DNA of 64,000 nt, from contig NIVC01000517.1 in the NCBI GenBank assembly GCA_002269645.1, positions 373,253 through 437,252 on the forward strand, in the 5' to 3' direction. Below are positions 60,559 to 64,000 of this stretch, piece after piece. The notes under the pieces are model-generated. The model saw only the letters and a program-made list of their open reading frames with translations. It searched no databases and was not told where the DNA came from. The stretch is from Macrostomum lignano. Lineage: Eukaryota. Within the stretch, counting starts at the first letter, position 1, and each line of letters opens with the position of its first letter. Made by a program: the position numbers and the translations under genes.

Positions 60559-60829
60559 CTGCAAGGCCAGCGTTCAACTTGCAGGCACCCCAAAAAATGG
60601 AACTTGCTAAACGCATGAAAATACAATTACAACTGTATGAAAATACGAACCCGTACTGTACTCAGCAACTTGGAGGCGCGATGAGAAGGGTGAGAAAATG
60701 CACATCCCAGAGCGATTGATGGACAGATTGGCTCAGATTAATAGAGGATTGGGTCTCCGAATCGACGTGGCGGAATTCCTCGATTCGCACGAACAGGGCG
60801 ACAATTGAAATCCTGCTCGGGAGGAGCGG

Positions 60830-63800
60830 CTACACGAGGCTGATGGTGTGTGATGCGCTGTGCCCAAATGGGCTCTGGGTCCAATTCAGCGTCACTGTTC
60901 TGCTCAGATTCAAAAAACTGGCATTGGGGATAGGAGCTTCCGGGCGGGAATATCGCTCACGTGACCTGGTTCCCGCCGTTGCCTGAGTCCTCCTTTGAGC
61001 AGGAACGTGGGACCTAGAGCTGGCATCGATTTTCCTTAGGTTGTTGAAATGGACTACCCTAGGCCTTCGCGCACCATCGTGCAGGATTCTGTAATTGACA
61101 TCGGAAAACTTTTTTAGGACTTTGGCCGGGCCTTTCCAATAGCGGTGGAACTTCGGGATTTCATTCGGTTTAATCACGGGATCGTATTCTAGAACAAGAT
61201 CACCTTCATTGATCTGAGCGCCACGAGCTTGGCTGTCATAAAGCTTCTTTTGCTTCCTCTGATAGGTTCTGAGATTCTCCCTCACAGCCTCGTGTGCTTG
61301 CTGAAGGTCTTCAGTCAGTCGACGAGTGAACTTGGAGAAACTCTCTGGCACCCTCTCAGTCGGATTCTCAATGTCGATCGGTAGCTGCATTTCCCTACCA
61401 AACAGAATGTAGTGCTAGCCTGTGCCTCTATGCACGCTAGAACGATAGGCTAGCAAACCGGGCGCAATGCAGTCTTCCCAATCCTTGTCCTCCTGCTCTA
61501 ACTGACACGTTAACATGTGCTTTAGAGTCCTATTAAAGCTTTCTGCTTGCCCATCCGCCATCGGATGATACGGAGTGGTTCGACACTTGCGGATGTCTAG
61601 CAGAGAACAAAGGTTCTTCATCAATGCTGACTCAAAGTTTGATCCCTGATCAGTGACTATCTCCTGTGGACAACCGAATGATGAAATCCAGTGCGTGAAG
61701 ATTGCACGGGCTACTGTTTTGGCACGCTGATTTGCTAACGGGATTGCACACGGCCATTTACTGAATGCGTCTTGGATTGTCAAAACAAATCTCGACCCAT
61801 GCTTGGACTTCGGCAAAGGACCAATGATGTCGCACATGATTCTTTGAAACGGAAATGAGCTCGGGATGGGTTGCAGTGGTGCCCTGCCTCTTGCGATGGT
61901 TTGCACTTTGAGCACACTAGACATGTTCGGCAGACTCCTCAACTCTACGAGACAGACCAGGCCACAAAAAGCGTTGCTTAAACTTTCCTTGAGTCTTCTT
62001 AACTCCGAGGTGGCATCCACTGACGCCATCATGAAGGATTTTGGCGGCTTCTTCGAACAGGGAATTTGGTAGGAGGATTCTCTTCTGTGAGTTCTCTGGC
62101 ACTGTCAGGAGCAGTAGCCCATCTTCTAAGACTATTCGAGTCCTATGGGCCCAGATCTCTCTCTCTCTCAACTAAACTACTGATCGGTTCATTTTGCAGC
62201 GCTTCACCTTCCAGTAACTGCCTTACTCGTTTCAGAGCTGGGTCAATTCTCTGAGCCTCTCTGATGCACTTGACGCTGAGAGGTGATGCTAACACAGCGT
62301 TCACTTGTTCAGGTGTTTGTGGCGAACTGTTACAGGAAGGGCACGACTCTTGGGCCCAATGCTTTCGAACTTTACGAGACACTGTCCGCATTCTGGTGAA
62401 AAATTCCTTTCCTGTGAACTATTTCAAACTCAAAACGCTGTAGCGTCTCTAGCCATCGAGCGCACTGTCCTTCCACATCTTTGAGGTTCGTTAACCATGA
62501 CAACGCACTGTGATCTGTTCGGATTTTAAATTTGCGCCCCAAGAGGTAATATTTGTAGGCCTTGACGAAGTGCACGATCGCAAGAAGTTCTAGTCTAGTC
62601 GTACAGTAGTTCTTTTCACACTCTGCCAGGGTCCTTGACCCATAGACAATCTCACTTTTTCGGAGCCGTCGGCTTGCACCTGAGACAGGACAGCTCCAAT
62701 TCCTATTTTGGAACTCGCGTCGGTGTCAAGCACATACTGTCCAGCTGTTTCGGAAAAATCTGGGTAAGCCATCACTCCAGTCGAAATCAGAAGTCTCTTT
62801 AATTCACAGAATGCTCCTTGCTGCTCCCGGCCCACTCGAACTTGGTGTTCTGGCGCAGGAGTTTGTACAGCGGAGCTGCTATGATCGAGAAATCACGGAT
62901 GAAATTTCTGTAATAAGAACAGAGACCAAGGAATGATTGTAGCTCTTTGACACAACTCGGAATAGGCCAATCGCTAATCTCTTTCGTTTTCGCTGGATCT
63001 GTAGCTATTCCTTCCGCTGAAACTACGTGGTCTAAAAACTTTGCCTCTTTGGACAGAAAATGGCACTTCTTTGCTTTCAGACGGATTCCTGCAGCTCGCA
63101 ATCGGTCGAACCGGTCGAACACGTGCTGCAGTCTCTTAAAATGCTCTTCATAGGACTTCGCAAAAACTATAATGTCATCAAAGTACACAAGGCACTCCTT
63201 CCATGACAGGCCAGTCATAACTAGGTTCATGAGCTTTACAAATGTGGCTGGGGCATTTTTCAGCCCAAAACTAACATAGCGCCACGCGAACTGACCGCGG
63301 TTTGGGATGACAAACGCTGTCTTCAACTGGTCTCTACGGTCCAGGGGGCACTGATGGTAGCCTGACGCTAGGTCCAGAGTGGAGAATACAGCGTTTCCTG
63401 ATAGAGCTTCAAGCGTCTCGTCCATCCTAAGTGGAGGGAAAGGATCAGGAACGGTGACGTCATTTAGCCTACTATCAATCTCCTTGTCGATCTCCGGGCG
63501 CAGATGAAGTGGGATGCGCCGCGGGGCTCGCGGGTCGGCTTCGCTGAGCCGGTGTCAATGGTGTGCATTGCTAAATCAGTGGCGCCTAACTCACTGTCAT
63601 CTTTTGCAAAAACGTCTCGATTTCGGCGAATCAATTCAGTGAATGAACCTTGCTGCTCTGGTGTCAAATCTGTTGACTCCCAGCTGCCGAGATTACTGAC
63701 TGGGTCCCAACTGGTGTCAAGGGTAACCAAGTTAGCCTGTGCTGCAGGTTTCACTTCCTGAGCAGGAGGTTGGTTATCGTTTACAGGGGTGAACCAACCA

Positions 63801-64000
63801 ACTTGTCTTCCTCTGGGCAGGGTCACTGGTTCGCCTAAGATGTTGGTTACTTTAATCGGCAAAAATCCTTCAGCTGATGGGATGCCAATGGCTCTGGCCA
63901 ATAACACTAATCCTTCATTCTGATAACGAGTCTCTGTTATTCCTGTGAACTGGAAATTCCGGACACCTTTTCGACTTAATTTGGCCTGAATGATTTGGGA
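60830..64000 (-). pseudogene. Gypsy pol polyprotein (RT, RNase H, integrase with GPY/F-type tail), multiply frameshifted
   Basis: FSTLDLASGYHQ, FGLKNAPATF, YFDD, LDTDAS, RTDHSAL, HxxxxxxHLG, CDIIGP, TDQGSNFES, TTPYHPMADGQAE, WKGP. Confidence 0.95.

Larger units (their letters stand above)
58045..64000 (-). mobile_element. Ty3/gypsy LTR retrotransposon, 3' portion (pol, two accessory ORFs, PPT, 3' LTR); runs off the window end
   Basis: RT-RNaseH-integrase order, polypurine tract and TG...CA LTR. Confidence 0.95.

Noticed and set aside
60627-60830. Possible additional ORF between integrase and the J-domain
   Set aside because: Short, stop-rich spacer with pyrimidine tracts; better explained as intron/acceptor region.

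Overview
Eukaryotic (animal) genomic DNA: intron-containing genes whose introns are filled with 20-44 bp minisatellites and DNA-transposon derivatives. Gene style and repeat landscape are most consistent with a macrostomid flatworm such as Macrostomum (inference only). Host genes reconstructed by hand from GT-AG junctions and frame continuity: a secreted fibrinogen-related protein (-), a frameshifted cGAS-like/Mab-21 nucleotidyltransferase (-), CDC27 (+, 7 exons), a small Tim chaperone (TIMM10B/Tim9-like, +), an unrecognised ~555 aa protein (-, 8 exons), a single-PLAT-domain protein (-), TBCB (+), TTC27 (+) and RPS17 (+). Mobile DNA: a Crypton-like tyrosine-recombinase remnant next to a MULE transposase remnant, a CMC/EnSpm-like remnant, MITEs with 8-bp or 4-bp TSDs, palindromic MITEs flanking CDC27 exon 2, and the 3' part of a Ty3/gypsy LTR retrotransposon. 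The most unusual signal is in the gypsy element. Between integrase and the 3' LTR it has no recognisable env. It carries instead a disrupted DnaJ/J-domain ORF (~298 aa restored, with SIM-like and NLS-like motifs) and a second unknown ORF. The J-ORF start codon could be created by splicing from an LTR donor (A|TG). Most long ORFs in the supplied track are translations of tandem repeats and are rejected. No rRNA, tRNA or CRISPR array is supported.
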